64,000 nt of DNA, from sequence record LC788706.1, one strand, 5' to 3'. This stretch comes from Escherichia coli phage KS_S14. Below are positions 42,038 to 51,741 of the stretch, in pieces. The notes under the pieces are model-generated. The model did not search any database. It was not told where the DNA came from and was given only the letters and a program-made list of their open reading frames with translations. Position 1 is the stretch's first letter, and each line of letters opens with the position of its first letter. The translations under genes were made by a program, and so were the position numbers.

Positions 42038-42319
42038 TTAGTTCTGTACTGTAAATTCATTCTTATCACAGTGAGCATAATAATACCCATACATACGATA
42101 AATTTTCACAGCCTTAGTAGACCCCTTCGATTCTTCATAATCAATCCAGAGCCACTTGTCTTTACCTACATAATGTACCCGAAACTTCTTAACTTTCTTA
42201 TCATTCCATGTTGCAACAACACGACGATAATCAAATCCGCCCAACCAATCTAGAGCCTTACGTTCTTCACTAGGCCCCCCAAGATGGGAGACATCTACTT
42301 TAGGAAGCAATTCGCTCAT
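42038..42319 (-). CDS. hypothetical protein
   Basis: 93-aa ORF, first gene after T5-type promoter. Confidence 0.4.
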   Translation of the reverse strand: MSELLPKVDVSHLGGPSEERKALDWLGGFDYRRVVATWNDKKVKKFRVHYVGKDKWLWIDYEESKGSTKAVKIYRMYGYYYAHCDKNEFTVQN

Positions 42320-42339
42320 AGCTTTCTCCTCTCAAATTT

Positions 42340-42385
42340 ATAAATCTATTATATATAAATTTTTGGCTGAAAGCAAATAAAATAA
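42340..42385 (-). promoter_or_regulatory. T5-type promoter (minus strand) heading the Sir2-containing operon
   Basis: attata 42348-53, aagcaa 42371-76, 17-bp spacer. Confidence 0.6.
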
Positions 42386-42418
42386 AAGCCAGGTCGACTA
42401 GCAACCCGGCTGATTAGC

Positions 42419-44293
42419 TTATTTAGCTCGAATATCCTGATGTTTCACCCTGCCCATAACCTCGTGCTGTTTGCCGGGGTTAAATGGACGAGCACCTGGA
42501 TTTCCAAGATACCCACAAACTCGACGAGTTACTTCAAGAGTTTCGGGGTCATGATTACCACAGATAGGGCACTTAAATCCATCTTCGGATGCTACTGTTT
42601 CACCTAAGAATCCACATTTACCGCAAGAATCCACTGGAGTATTAATACCGAAGTAATGAACCTTACTAGCAGCATAATTAATAACCCATTCCAGTGCATC
42701 TGGGAATCGTTTCATATCTGGTAGTTCTACATAAGAGATACACCCACCAGAAGCAATCGGAGTAAAGTTAGATTCATAATCAAACTTCACGTTAGGAGCA
42801 ACTTTTCGTTCCACATCAAGGTGGTGAGAGTTAGTGTAGTATCCTTTGGACAGAATATCTTCATGCTCCGGGAAATATTCACGGTCTAGACGACAAAAAC
42901 GGTCACATAGGGATTCTGATGGTGTAGCATACAGGCTATAACCTAACTTAGTTTCTTCCTTCTTCTGATCGACTCTATCCCGCATGTACTGCAATACACG
43001 CTGAACAAACTTGATGCAGGTCTCGGACATTGTGTCTACATCTTTGCCAAACATGAACTGTAGCATTTCATGGCAACCAATATACCCCAGAGATACAGAA
43101 GCACGGTTATAAAAATGATCAAATACATATTCATCAGGCTCCAAGCGTAACCCAAAGGCTCCTGACATATAGAGGATGGGTGCAGCTTTAGCTTGGATGT
43201 ATTTTAAGCGATCAACTCTCCACTCCAATGCTTTTAACGCTGTATCCACACGTAGCTCAAGCAAATCAAAGAATAGATCAATATTTCCTTCAGCTTCGAT
43301 AGCAATTCTAGGCAAGTTTACAGAAACAACACCTAAGTTATTACGGCCAGCAGTTTCACCATCTTCTGCAGCAGCTAGGAATGAACGGCAGCCCATAGAA
43401 ACTTTGTAGTCTCCAGTAACTTCTACAACTTTGTCATAGCTGATATAATCTGGATACATACGTTCAGCAGTACATTTCATAGCTAACTTCTTGATGTCAT
43501 AATTAACATCTCCTGGTTTCATATTTACGCCATCACGAAGTACAAATACCAGTTTCGGGAAGATAGCTGTACGTTTATTGATACCTAAACCATCCATGCG
43601 TACTTTCAGTATTGCCCTCTGTACTAGACGTGCTTCCCAAGAAGTTCCTAGACCAAAACCAAAGGTAATAAATGGACTCTGACCATTAGAGTTGAACATG
43701 GTATTGATTTCATATTCTAAACCCTGACAAGCGTCATAGACTTCTTTTTCAGTCATCTCCGTAGCCATTACGGATGCTTTGGCTTCATCCTTAGTCCAAC
43801 GTTTTGCAAACGCATGATTTTTATCATAGGACTTACGAACATAAGGGGCTAATACTTCATCTAATCGGTCTACAGAAGTACCACCATACTGATGGGAGCT
43901 AACCTGTGTGATAATCTGAGCTGTAATAGCAGCAGCAGTAGTGATAGAGTTTGGAGTGCTAATTTCAGCATTACCAACCTTCATACCATTCTTCAACATA
44001 TCTTCCAGAGCTACCAGACAACAGTTAGTCATGCCTAATGCGGCATAATCAGCATCATGGAAATGAATATCTCCAATCATATGAGCATTTCGAATCTGAA
44101 TTGGCATTTCTTCTAGAATCAGATACTTACTCAATTCACCTGCAAGCATATCCCTTTGTGTAGGGAAACGTTCTGAGGGTTTATTGGCATTATTAAACAG
44201 CAGCTCTTCATCTGCTGATCCTTCGATAATCTCTTTGCAGTTTCTAATTAACGCCTGCATTTCTTTATACTTTAGTTCTTCATTACGATTCAT
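42419..44293 (-). CDS. nrdD: anaerobic ribonucleoside-triphosphate reductase
   Basis: 624 aa; C-terminal zinc ribbon CGKCGF...CPICGN and glycyl-radical motif RRVCGYLG; strong RBS. Confidence 0.9.
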   Translation of the reverse strand: MNRNEELKYKEMQALIRNCKEIIEGSADEELLFNNANKPSERFPTQRDMLAGELSKYLILEEMPIQIRNAHMIGDIHFHDADYAALGMTNCCLVALEDMLKNGMKVGNAEISTPNSITTAAAITAQIITQVSSHQYGGTSVDRLDEVLAPYVRKSYDKNHAFAKRWTKDEAKASVMATEMTEKEVYDACQGLEYEINTMFNSNGQSPFITFGFGLGTSWEARLVQRAILKVRMDGLGINKRTAIFPKLVFVLRDGVNMKPGDVNYDIKKLAMKCTAERMYPDYISYDKVVEVTGDYKVSMGCRSFLAAAEDGETAGRNNLGVVSVNLPRIAIEAEGNIDLFFDLLELRVDTALKALEWRVDRLKYIQAKAAPILYMSGAFGLRLEPDEYVFDHFYNRASVSLGYIGCHEMLQFMFGKDVDTMSETCIKFVQRVLQYMRDRVDQKKEETKLGYSLYATPSESLCDRFCRLDREYFPEHEDILSKGYYTNSHHLDVERKVAPNVKFDYESNFTPIASGGCISYVELPDMKRFPDALEWVINYAASKVHYFGINTPVDSCGKCGFLGETVASEDGFKCPICGNHDPETLEVTRRVCGYLGNPGARPFNPGKQHEVMGRVKHQDIRAK

Positions 44294-44314
44294 TATACTC
44301 TCCTTCTCTAACTA

Positions 44315-44360
44315 AGACTACTATTATAACTCATTCGAGGGCGGATGTCAACAATATTTT
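44315..44360 (-). promoter_or_regulatory. sigma70 consensus promoter (minus strand) upstream of nrdD
   Basis: Minus strand TTGACA (plus 44346-51), 17 bp, TATAAT (plus 44323-28). Confidence 0.6.
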
Positions 44361-44529
44361 ACTATAAAGTTCTGTAACATGATCTGAGTCAAAAAATTTT
44401 ATTTGCCAATCTCTATTAAAAATTATATAATCACGCACTCGTGCACGCGATATAAAATGATTATCTAGTATCACACATCTCACGTTAAAAGCAAGCAAAT
44501 TTTTTATTTAAATGCAATATCATAGGCTT

Positions 44530-44580
44530 ATTTAAAATTGTAGTTGCTTTTTACTGTATATATTGGTATAATATATTTGT
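44530..44580 (+). promoter_or_regulatory. sigma70-type early promoter upstream of phoH
   Basis: TTGCTT (44545-50), 16 bp, TATAAT (44567-72), AT-rich upstream. Confidence 0.55.
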
Positions 44581-44645
44581 AAGTTGATAAACAAGATCTT
44601 TTTGTTGATCCTCTGTTAGCGAAGTACACTATAGGAGTGTTATTT

Positions 44646-45398
44646 ATGGGAAAAGCACGTCAAAAAAGAGAGAACCGCAATGGTTCAAGAAAGCGTGGCA
44701 ACAAATATGAGAATAACGTAATTCAGGCTGATTTTTCTAATGATTACGCTAACCCAGTTGCTAAATCCCTAGTAGGTAAAAACCGCGAGCAAAAATCATA
44801 TATCAATATGATCAAGAACAACACAGTGACTGTGGGTATTGGTGAGCCAGGTACTGGTAAAACCTTTATCCCGTCTGTTCTTGCAGCTCAGGAACTCGTA
44901 GACATTCACTCAGATATTGAGCAAGTGATTCTCGTACGTCCTAATGAACCTCTAGGTAAGTCTCTTGGTATGCTTCCTGGTGATCTAGCAGAAAAGCTAG
45001 AGCCTTGGTTAGAGCCAATAGCTGATGGTATGAAATGGGCCATCGGTGATCATGCGTATAAAGGATATGTCGAACGTCAGAAAATTAAATTTTTGGCTAT
45101 AGAACATGCTCGTGGCAGAACTTTCAACAACTCCTATGTAATTGTCGATGAAGCTCAGAATATTTCCGTTGAGGCAATGGTTTGTCTCCTAACTCGTGTA
45201 GGACAAGACTGCCGTTTAATTATCTGCGGAGATATAGCTCAGAAGGACATTAAAGGTGACTCAGGTCTAGCACTTCTTATGGAAGTTTATGAGAAATATG
45301 AAAATGCTCCATTCTCAATGATCGAATTGATTGATAACGTTCGTTCTGCTGAGTCTAAAGCATTCTACGATATTTTTAAAGACATGGGAAAGGTGTAA
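44646..45398 (+). CDS. phoH: PhoH-like ATPase
   Basis: Walker A GEPGTGKTF, Walker B VIVDEAQN; ATG 44646 preceded by RBS taggag. Confidence 0.85.
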   Translation: MGKARQKRENRNGSRKRGNKYENNVIQADFSNDYANPVAKSLVGKNREQKSYINMIKNNTVTVGIGEPGTGKTFIPSVLAAQELVDIHSDIEQVILVRPNEPLGKSLGMLPGDLAEKLEPWLEPIADGMKWAIGDHAYKGYVERQKIKFLAIEHARGRTFNNSYVIVDEAQNISVEAMVCLLTRVGQDCRLIICGDIAQKDIKGDSGLALLMEVYEKYENAPFSMIELIDNVRSAESKAFYDIFKDMGKV

Positions 45399-45399
45399 T

Positions 45400-45621
45400 A
45401 TGGGAAACGTCGTTCATCTGAGCCGTAAAACTAAAATACATCGTACTTCACTGAGTGCTGCTAATATGATTACACGTAAGGAAGGGGAAGAAAGTCCTAA
45501 GACAACCCTAGCGTGGAAAATTGTAACCTCAAATCCAAATAAACCATTCAATTATAACGAGCTGAGCACCTCCATAGATATTCTATTAAAAGAAGTAGCT
45601 AGAGCTAAAGTAATTGAATAA
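45400..45621 (+). CDS. hypothetical protein
   Basis: 73-aa ORF from ATG 45400 (ORF-track start 45331 overlaps phoH). Confidence 0.4.
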   Translation: MGNVVHLSRKTKIHRTSLSAANMITRKEGEESPKTTLAWKIVTSNPNKPFNYNELSTSIDILLKEVARAKVIE

Positions 45622-45689
45622 GCTAAAAAGCTAGACTGGTAATACATAAGGCCTGGGTATGAAAATACTCGGGCCTTTTCTATCAGAAA

Positions 45690-45730
45690 ATTTTATTTGC
45701 CTAATGACCAATAATAAAGTAGAATATTCC
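45690..45730 (+). promoter_or_regulatory. early promoter upstream of nrdA
   Basis: TTGCCT (45697-45702), 17 bp, TAGAAT (45720-25). Confidence 0.5.
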
Positions 45731-45763
45731 TTAAATCCTGATAACTATAAAAAGGAAAGCCAA

Positions 45764-48094
45764 ATGAGCCATCGCATTGAAAAAGTAATTAAACGTGACG
45801 GTACTGTAGAAGACTTTGCTCCTGAAAAACTCAATGGTTGGGCGGAGTATGGTTGCAAAACAGTTGATGTAAGTTGGTCAGCCATTACTATGGCTGCTCA
45901 AAAAACTCTGCCTAAAGGGGTTGTAGATTCCGATACTCTGATGGATGCGTTAATTAAAGCTGCTGAAAGTCTTATCAAAGATAATCCAGCATACGACGTA
46001 CCAGCAAAGGAACTACGTCTTGCGCAGATGCGTAAACGTCTTTATGATTCCTTCGAACCACCTTCTCTACGCTTCTTCCACGACCATATGGTTAGTGTAG
46101 GTGCATGGGAAGACATGAGTGCATGGATTACCGATGAGCAGTTTGAGGCTTTGAATCAGGTTATTGACCATGATCGCGACCGTCTTTTCACTAGCGGAGG
46201 ATTGAAACAATTCTTTGATAAGTATTCCCGTCGTAATATCGCAACTGGCGAAATTTACGAAACCCCGCAATTTGCCTATATGGGCATGGCAATGGCGATG
46301 TTATCTCAACCTAATTGGACAATTCTAGATGCAATCGACCTCTACAACGCAATGTCGCTACACAAAATCAACATTCCTACGCCGCCATTGGTTGGCTTGC
46401 GCTCTAGTGACCGTGGATTTGCTAGTTGTTGCCTCGTTGATTCCACTGACACATTGGATTCAATCGACACAGCCGAACACATCGTCTTCAAAATGGTCGC
46501 AGCCAGAGCGGGAATCGGGTATCATCTTGAAAGCCGATCAATTGCTGATCCGGTGCGAAATGGGGCATTCCCGCATTCCGGAAAACTGCCATATTATCGA
46601 CACATTGACCGTTCAGTAAAGGCTAATACTCAGCAAACTCGTGGTGGTTCTGCTACTGTATCCTATCCTTACTTTGACCCTGAAATCATTCAATTGATGC
46701 AGGTTAAGCAACAACGTGCTACAGATGAGAATAAAATCGATAAGATGGATTATTCTCTGAGCTTCAACAATCTTTTGTTAAAACGTTATCTGAAAAATGA
46801 AGATATTACGCTAATGTCATACTTCTATGCTCCAGAAGTTCATGAAGCGTTTTATAGTGATGACGAGGCTAAATTTGAAGAAATCTATGTGGCAGCGGAG
46901 AAACGTGTGGCATCTCTTACAAAGATCGACCACGAAGGAAAAACAGTTCCAGCAGCTCCTAAAGTCTCTGCAAAAGAAAGCCTAGATACTTGGCTACGTA
47001 TCCGAATGGAAACAGGACGTATGTATGCTCACCACATCGGGGAATCTAATCGTCACGGTAACTTCCTTGATCCGATCCGTATGACAAACCTTTGTGTTGA
47101 AATTACTCAGCCTACACGTCCGTTCCATCATATCACGGAACTGTATAAAACAAAAGAACAACTTGATCAAATGAAGCCGGAGGATATTGGTGAAGTATCT
47201 CTGTGTAACTTAGGTGGTGTTGTACTAGGACGCATGGAATCTCTGGCTGAGTGGGAAAAGACTTGCTATATTCTTCTGAAATTCGTTGATACCATCATTG
47301 AAATTCAGGACTATCCGTTCCCAACTATGGAATATACAGCTAAGAAACGTCGTAACGTTGGTATTGGCCTTATGAACGCAGCAGGTGCAATGGCAGCAGA
47401 AGGTCTGGCTTATGAAGGCGTTGAAGCACGTAACTGGATCCATCGTGAAGCTGAAAAACTGTCTTACTTCCTGCATAAAGCCTCTGTACGTCTAGCCAAA
47501 GAGCAAGGTGCATGTGAATGGTTCGATCGTACTAAACCATCTAAAGGAATACTAGTAATCGACACGTACAAGAAAACTGTTGATGAACTGGTATCAGTAG
47601 GTCTAGAAATGGACTGGGAATCTCTGCGTGCAGATATTTTGAAATACGGTATGCGTAACTCTGTTCTGACTGCGCAGATGCCGGGAGAGAGTTCTTCCGT
47701 TCTGTTAGGGGTTACAAACTCAATTGAGCCACCTCGTAAGATTGTATCTATCAAGGGTAGTGCAGTGAATAAAGTAATTGCAATTGCTCCAGGTGCAACT
47801 GACTGGGATACTCTCATGAGCTATAAACTGGCTTATGATGTGGATCGTATTGAATGGATCAAATGGGTAGCAACTATGCAGAAATTCTTCAGCCAGTCTA
47901 TCAGTACTAATATGTACTACGACTACACCAAGTTTGAGAATGAAATCATTCCTGGCCCGGTAGTAGTTCGTGATTTCATGACTGCTGTTAAATATGGTTG
48001 GAAGACTTGGTACTACGCAAACTTCAACACTGCAAATGGTGGTGGGGCTGGAGAAGAAGCAGCTGGTTGTGCTTCTGGTGGTTGCCAGTTATAA
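45764..48094 (+). CDS. nrdA: ribonucleoside-diphosphate reductase alpha subunit
   Basis: ATP-cone N-terminus (RIEKVIKRDGTVEDF), class I RNR length; ATG 45764 with RBS aaaggaaag (upstream part of ORF-track ORF contains the promoter). Confidence 0.9.
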   Translation: MSHRIEKVIKRDGTVEDFAPEKLNGWAEYGCKTVDVSWSAITMAAQKTLPKGVVDSDTLMDALIKAAESLIKDNPAYDVPAKELRLAQMRKRLYDSFEPPSLRFFHDHMVSVGAWEDMSAWITDEQFEALNQVIDHDRDRLFTSGGLKQFFDKYSRRNIATGEIYETPQFAYMGMAMAMLSQPNWTILDAIDLYNAMSLHKINIPTPPLVGLRSSDRGFASCCLVDSTDTLDSIDTAEHIVFKMVAARAGIGYHLESRSIADPVRNGAFPHSGKLPYYRHIDRSVKANTQQTRGGSATVSYPYFDPEIIQLMQVKQQRATDENKIDKMDYSLSFNNLLLKRYLKNEDITLMSYFYAPEVHEAFYSDDEAKFEEIYVAAEKRVASLTKIDHEGKTVPAAPKVSAKESLDTWLRIRMETGRMYAHHIGESNRHGNFLDPIRMTNLCVEITQPTRPFHHITELYKTKEQLDQMKPEDIGEVSLCNLGGVVLGRMESLAEWEKTCYILLKFVDTIIEIQDYPFPTMEYTAKKRRNVGIGLMNAAGAMAAEGLAYEGVEARNWIHREAEKLSYFLHKASVRLAKEQGACEWFDRTKPSKGILVIDTYKKTVDELVSVGLEMDWESLRADILKYGMRNSVLTAQMPGESSSVLLGVTNSIEPPRKIVSIKGSAVNKVIAIAPGATDWDTLMSYKLAYDVDRIEWIKWVATMQKFFSQSISTNMYYDYTKFENEIIPGPVVVRDFMTAVKYGWKTWYYANFNTANGGGAGEEAAGCASGGCQL

Positions 48095-48101
48095 TAAAAA
48101 C

Positions 48102-48130
48102 AAGGAGATCTTCGGGTCTCCTTTTTCTTT
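48102..48130 (+). terminator. rho-independent terminator after nrdA
   Basis: AGGAGA-TCTTCGGG-TCTCCT then TTTTCTTT. Confidence 0.7.
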
Positions 48131-48134
48131 GAAA

Positions 48135-48172
48135 TTTTACTTGCTAATCGCTACCTGATTTGCTATAATATT
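48135..48172 (+). promoter_or_regulatory. T5-type early promoter upstream of nrdB
   Basis: TTGCTA (48141-46), 17 bp, TATAAT (48164-69). Confidence 0.65.
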
Positions 48173-48200
48173 CCTGAAATAGTGAGAAAGAGGAAAATCA

Positions 48201-49346
48201 ATGACTACTTTATTAAACCTGAATTGGGATCATACTAACGCTGATCTTTTCCTGGGCGATTCTCTAGGTATCGCAGATTATGTACGCGTAGCACATCCAG
48301 AATTAGAGCGTCTGGCACTTCTGCAACGCTCTCAATTTTGGACTGAAACTGAAATCAGCCTGGAAGCAGATAAGAAACAATGGCCTAACCTCCCACGTGA
48401 AATTCAGGAAATTACACTTCTGAATTTAGCATGGCAGACTCAAACTGATTCCTTTATCAGTCGAGCACCTGAAGCAGCTATTATGCCACTTGTAAGTCGT
48501 CCAGAATTGGAAGGTATGCTAAAGCAGTGGAGCTACTTCGAAGACCTGCATAGTCGTGCCTATAGCAATATTATTCGTAATGTGCTGACTGATCCAGCAG
48601 AATTTATTGATTCTGTAACTAAAAACCAAGAAGCATTTGCACGTATCGCAGATTCTGTTGAACTGTTCGATGAACTGTACCAGTTAGGTCAGTATTTCAT
48701 CGCAGTACGTGATCATCGTGGTGACAATACATATCCAGAAACTGAGTTCCCTGAAGTTAAGCGTGAAACTCAGGCTAAACTGTTAGATGCTTATTTTGCA
48801 ATCTACGGTCTGGAAGCAATGCAGTTCTACGCATCCTTTGCATGTACTTTTGCTCTAGCAGAGAACGATATTCTGCAAGGTATTGCTAAAAATCTGCAAT
48901 TAATCGCTAAAGATGAGGCTCTGCACACCCAGATGTCTAAAGCAATCATCCAGATTATGTTCCAGCAGTTTGATAAAGATCTGGTAGATGAAGCAGTGGC
49001 TAAAGCACCAGCACAGCTCCTGAAAACTCTGAAAACTGAAATTGAATGGGGTCATTTCATTTTCAAAGGTCGTAGTCTGATTGGTTTGAATGCAGAACTT
49101 CTAGAAGAATACTTGTACTTTGTGGGACGTAATGCATTTATGCACATTGGTGTAGAATGGCCTAGTCACTTACCAGTAATCACCAAAAACCCTATTCCGT
49201 GGATCATGAACTGGTTGGATACTACTTCTCTACAGCCTGCTCCACAAGAAATCCAGATTGGTGCAGCCTACCGTGTAGGTCAGGTAACTGAGACCTCTAC
49301 TGATACTCTGAAAGATCTGGGCAATGAATTTGGAGATTTCCTATGA
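48201..49346 (+). CDS. nrdB: ribonucleoside-diphosphate reductase beta subunit
   Basis: 381 aa; di-iron ligand motifs (E..H pairs), C-terminal tail. Confidence 0.9.
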   Translation: MTTLLNLNWDHTNADLFLGDSLGIADYVRVAHPELERLALLQRSQFWTETEISLEADKKQWPNLPREIQEITLLNLAWQTQTDSFISRAPEAAIMPLVSRPELEGMLKQWSYFEDLHSRAYSNIIRNVLTDPAEFIDSVTKNQEAFARIADSVELFDELYQLGQYFIAVRDHRGDNTYPETEFPEVKRETQAKLLDAYFAIYGLEAMQFYASFACTFALAENDILQGIAKNLQLIAKDEALHTQMSKAIIQIMFQQFDKDLVDEAVAKAPAQLLKTLKTEIEWGHFIFKGRSLIGLNAELLEEYLYFVGRNAFMHIGVEWPSHLPVITKNPIPWIMNWLDTTSLQPAPQEIQIGAAYRVGQVTETSTDTLKDLGNEFGDFL

Positions 49347-49876
49347 TTACAGCAATGTACGCAGTTGGGCCGAATGGAGAGTTCGGCCTCCGAGGTAAGC
49401 TTCCCTGGGGTTCTTTTAAAGAAGAACTAGATGCTTTTTATTCACAATTAGATGTACTAAATCCTGATAATATTATTATTGGGGCAGGTACTTATTTAGC
49501 TCTTCCATACGCCGTTAGGGAACGTATGATTGGAGCTTCTGACCTATTTATTCGTGCTGATCGTCCACTGCCAGATGATATTACACACGATATTTACACT
49601 CCCATATCAATGATAGGTGATACATTACCTACTTTTCTAAAAGATCAGCAAACAGTAGTTCTAGGTGGAGCTAATCTTCTTCTAGAAATGTACCAACATG
49701 GACATATTGAAAGTGCTTTTGTATCTACAATTTTTAGCGAGCAGAAGCTAGAGGCAGATACACACCTAGATAGTATGATACTGGATTATAACTATGAATC
49801 CACTCGATTAGTCTATGCAGTTGGCGCAAACAGTGATAACAGCCTGCGATTTGTACAGGAATTGGTTACTTATTAA
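49343..49876 (+). CDS. frd: dihydrofolate reductase
   Basis: 177 aa; N-terminal MITAMYAVGPNGEFGLRGKLPW. Confidence 0.8.
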   Translation: MITAMYAVGPNGEFGLRGKLPWGSFKEELDAFYSQLDVLNPDNIIIGAGTYLALPYAVRERMIGASDLFIRADRPLPDDITHDIYTPISMIGDTLPTFLKDQQTVVLGGANLLLEMYQHGHIESAFVSTIFSEQKLEADTHLDSMILDYNYESTRLVYAVGANSDNSLRFVQELVTY

Positions 49877-50715
49877 TGCAACAATACTTAAAAATTTTGA
49901 CAGATGTAATTTTACTAGGTGAACCCCGTAATGACCGTACAGGAACAGGCACAGTTTCAATTTTTGATTCCTATGCTAAGTTTGACCTACGTGAAGGGTT
50001 CCCGGCTGTAACTACTAAACGCCTGGCCTGGAAATCAGTAGTAGGAGAACTTTTATGGTTCTTGTCTGGTTCCACAAATCTTCATGATCTACGTGTATTC
50101 ACATTTGGGCGTGACGAAGGACAGTGGACCATCTGGACTCCAAATTATGAAGACCAAGCCATAAGTATGGGGTATGATAAGGGTAATCTAGGACCAGTAT
50201 ATGGTAAACAGTGGCGTAACTTTGGTGGGCGAGATCAGATTCTAGAACTTATTGAAGGACTCAAGAATAATCCTCATGGCCGCAGACATCTAGTTTCTGC
50301 GTGGAACGTAGCTGAACTTGATAAAATGGCATTACCACCTTGTCACTACGGCTTCCAGTGTTATGTAAGTAACGATGGATACCTAGATCTTAAATGGACA
50401 CAACGCTCTGTGGATTGTTTCCTCGGTTTACCTTTCAATATTGCTAGTTATGCTTTATTAACGCATATATTAGCAAAACTGACAGGATTAAAACCTCGTT
50501 ATCTTATCTTTAGTGGCGGTGATACTCATATCTATAATGACCACATGGAACAGGTAGAAGAACAGGTAAAACGCAAGCCACGCCCTCTGCCAACTCTAGT
50601 AATGCCAGAGTTTGTAGATCTTTACGATTTATTAGAAAATAATACAGCAGCTTGGTCATTCCATTTAGAGGGGTACGATCCTCATCCAGCTCTTAAAGCT
50701 AAAATGTCCTCTTAA
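49876..50715 (+). CDS. thyA: thymidylate synthase
   Basis: 279 aa; active-site PPCHYGFQCYV. Confidence 0.9.
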   Translation: MQQYLKILTDVILLGEPRNDRTGTGTVSIFDSYAKFDLREGFPAVTTKRLAWKSVVGELLWFLSGSTNLHDLRVFTFGRDEGQWTIWTPNYEDQAISMGYDKGNLGPVYGKQWRNFGGRDQILELIEGLKNNPHGRRHLVSAWNVAELDKMALPPCHYGFQCYVSNDGYLDLKWTQRSVDCFLGLPFNIASYALLTHILAKLTGLKPRYLIFSGGDTHIYNDHMEQVEEQVKRKPRPLPTLVMPEFVDLYDLLENNTAAWSFHLEGYDPHPALKAKMSS

Positions 50716-50719
50716 CTTA

Positions 50720-50745
50720 AATAGCCCTTCGGGGCTATTATATTT
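50720..50745 (+). terminator. hairpin after thyA
   Basis: ATAGCCC-TTCG-GGGCTAT, weak U-tract. Confidence 0.5.
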
Positions 50746-50790
50746 AAAATTTCATTTGCTTATTTAGTGAAATTTTAAATATAATATACT
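50745..50790 (+). promoter_or_regulatory. T5-type early promoter
   Basis: TTGCTT (50756-61), 18 bp, TATAAT (50780-85), AT-rich UP region. Confidence 0.6.
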
Positions 50791-50816
50791 AAATCAACCA
50801 ATATGGACAAACAAGA

Positions 50817-51203
50817 ATGAGCAAAGATATAGAATTAGAACACGCCCTGCATAATTATACCTCTTACTTGGAGGGTAATGAAGTAAAAGAATTAACTAAG
50901 GAACAAATCCTACTAATTCTAGATTCTCTAGTTTTAAAGTTTAAAAAACTAGAGGAATACTACTCCGTAGGTAATGGGGATGAAAGAGTAGAACTATCTC
51001 TAAGTCTTCTAGAAGATATGGGGTGGGATGAAGATGACCAAGTAGGGTACTTGGGGATTTCTGTAGAAATCTTAGAAAACACAGAACATGAAGATATTTT
51101 AGAAGTGAAAAGTAGAACAGCTATTCGTTATGGTACTTATGGAAGTGGAATAACTGGATTAAAAGCGCTTCTTAGTATGGATCTAGGATGGTTAGATGAG
51201 TAA
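50817..51203 (+). CDS. hypothetical acidic protein
   Basis: 128-aa ORF after T5-type promoter. Confidence 0.4.
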   Translation: MSKDIELEHALHNYTSYLEGNEVKELTKEQILLILDSLVLKFKKLEEYYSVGNGDERVELSLSLLEDMGWDEDDQVGYLGISVEILENTEHEDILEVKSRTAIRYGTYGSGITGLKALLSMDLGWLDE

Positions 51204-51741
51204 ACAACCGACACTAGAGAGATTAAAAGAACTTCTAAATTATGATCCTGATACCGGAATATTTACTAATAAAATAAGTAGAGGTAGGGGAGGTAAAGCC
51301 GGAGCAGTTGCTGGTTATTTAAGAAAAGATGGTTATATAACTATAAAAATAGATAAAGTAGATTATCTAGCCCATAGACTGGCATTCCTGTATATGACAG
51401 GGAGTATTCCTGACTTAGTAGATCATATAAATCGTATACGGTCAGATAATAGATGGAAAAATTTAAGAGAATCTACTAGTCAAATTAATAATAGAAACTG
51501 CACTGCCTCTAGCAAATCAGGGTACTTAGGGGTACATTGGAATAAGCAACTACAAAAGTGGCAAGTACAGATAATAAACTGTGAGGGTAAGAATATTTAT
51601 GGTGGAATATTCGAATATCTAGACTTAGAGAACGCCGTATTAAAAGCAAATACCTTGAGACACGAGTTACATGGTAAAGATGCTGTAGAAGAAATATTTT
51701 ATAATAACTATTATCCTACATTAGAGGATCTTAATAAATGA
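51196..51741 (+). CDS. HNH homing endonuclease
   Basis: 181 aa; AHRLAFLYMTG...VDHINRIRSDNRWKNLRE HNH motif. Confidence 0.7.
   Translation: MSKQPTLERLKELLNYDPDTGIFTNKISRGRGGKAGAVAGYLRKDGYITIKIDKVDYLAHRLAFLYMTGSIPDLVDHINRIRSDNRWKNLRESTSQINNRNCTASSKSGYLGVHWNKQLQKWQVQIINCEGKNIYGGIFEYLDLENAVLKANTLRHELHGKDAVEEIFYNNYYPTLEDLNK

Noticed and set aside
45659-45763. N-terminal 35-codon extension of nrdA in the ORF track
   Set aside because: The extension contains the nrdA promoter (-35/-10 at 45697-45725) and precedes a good RBS and ATG at 45764
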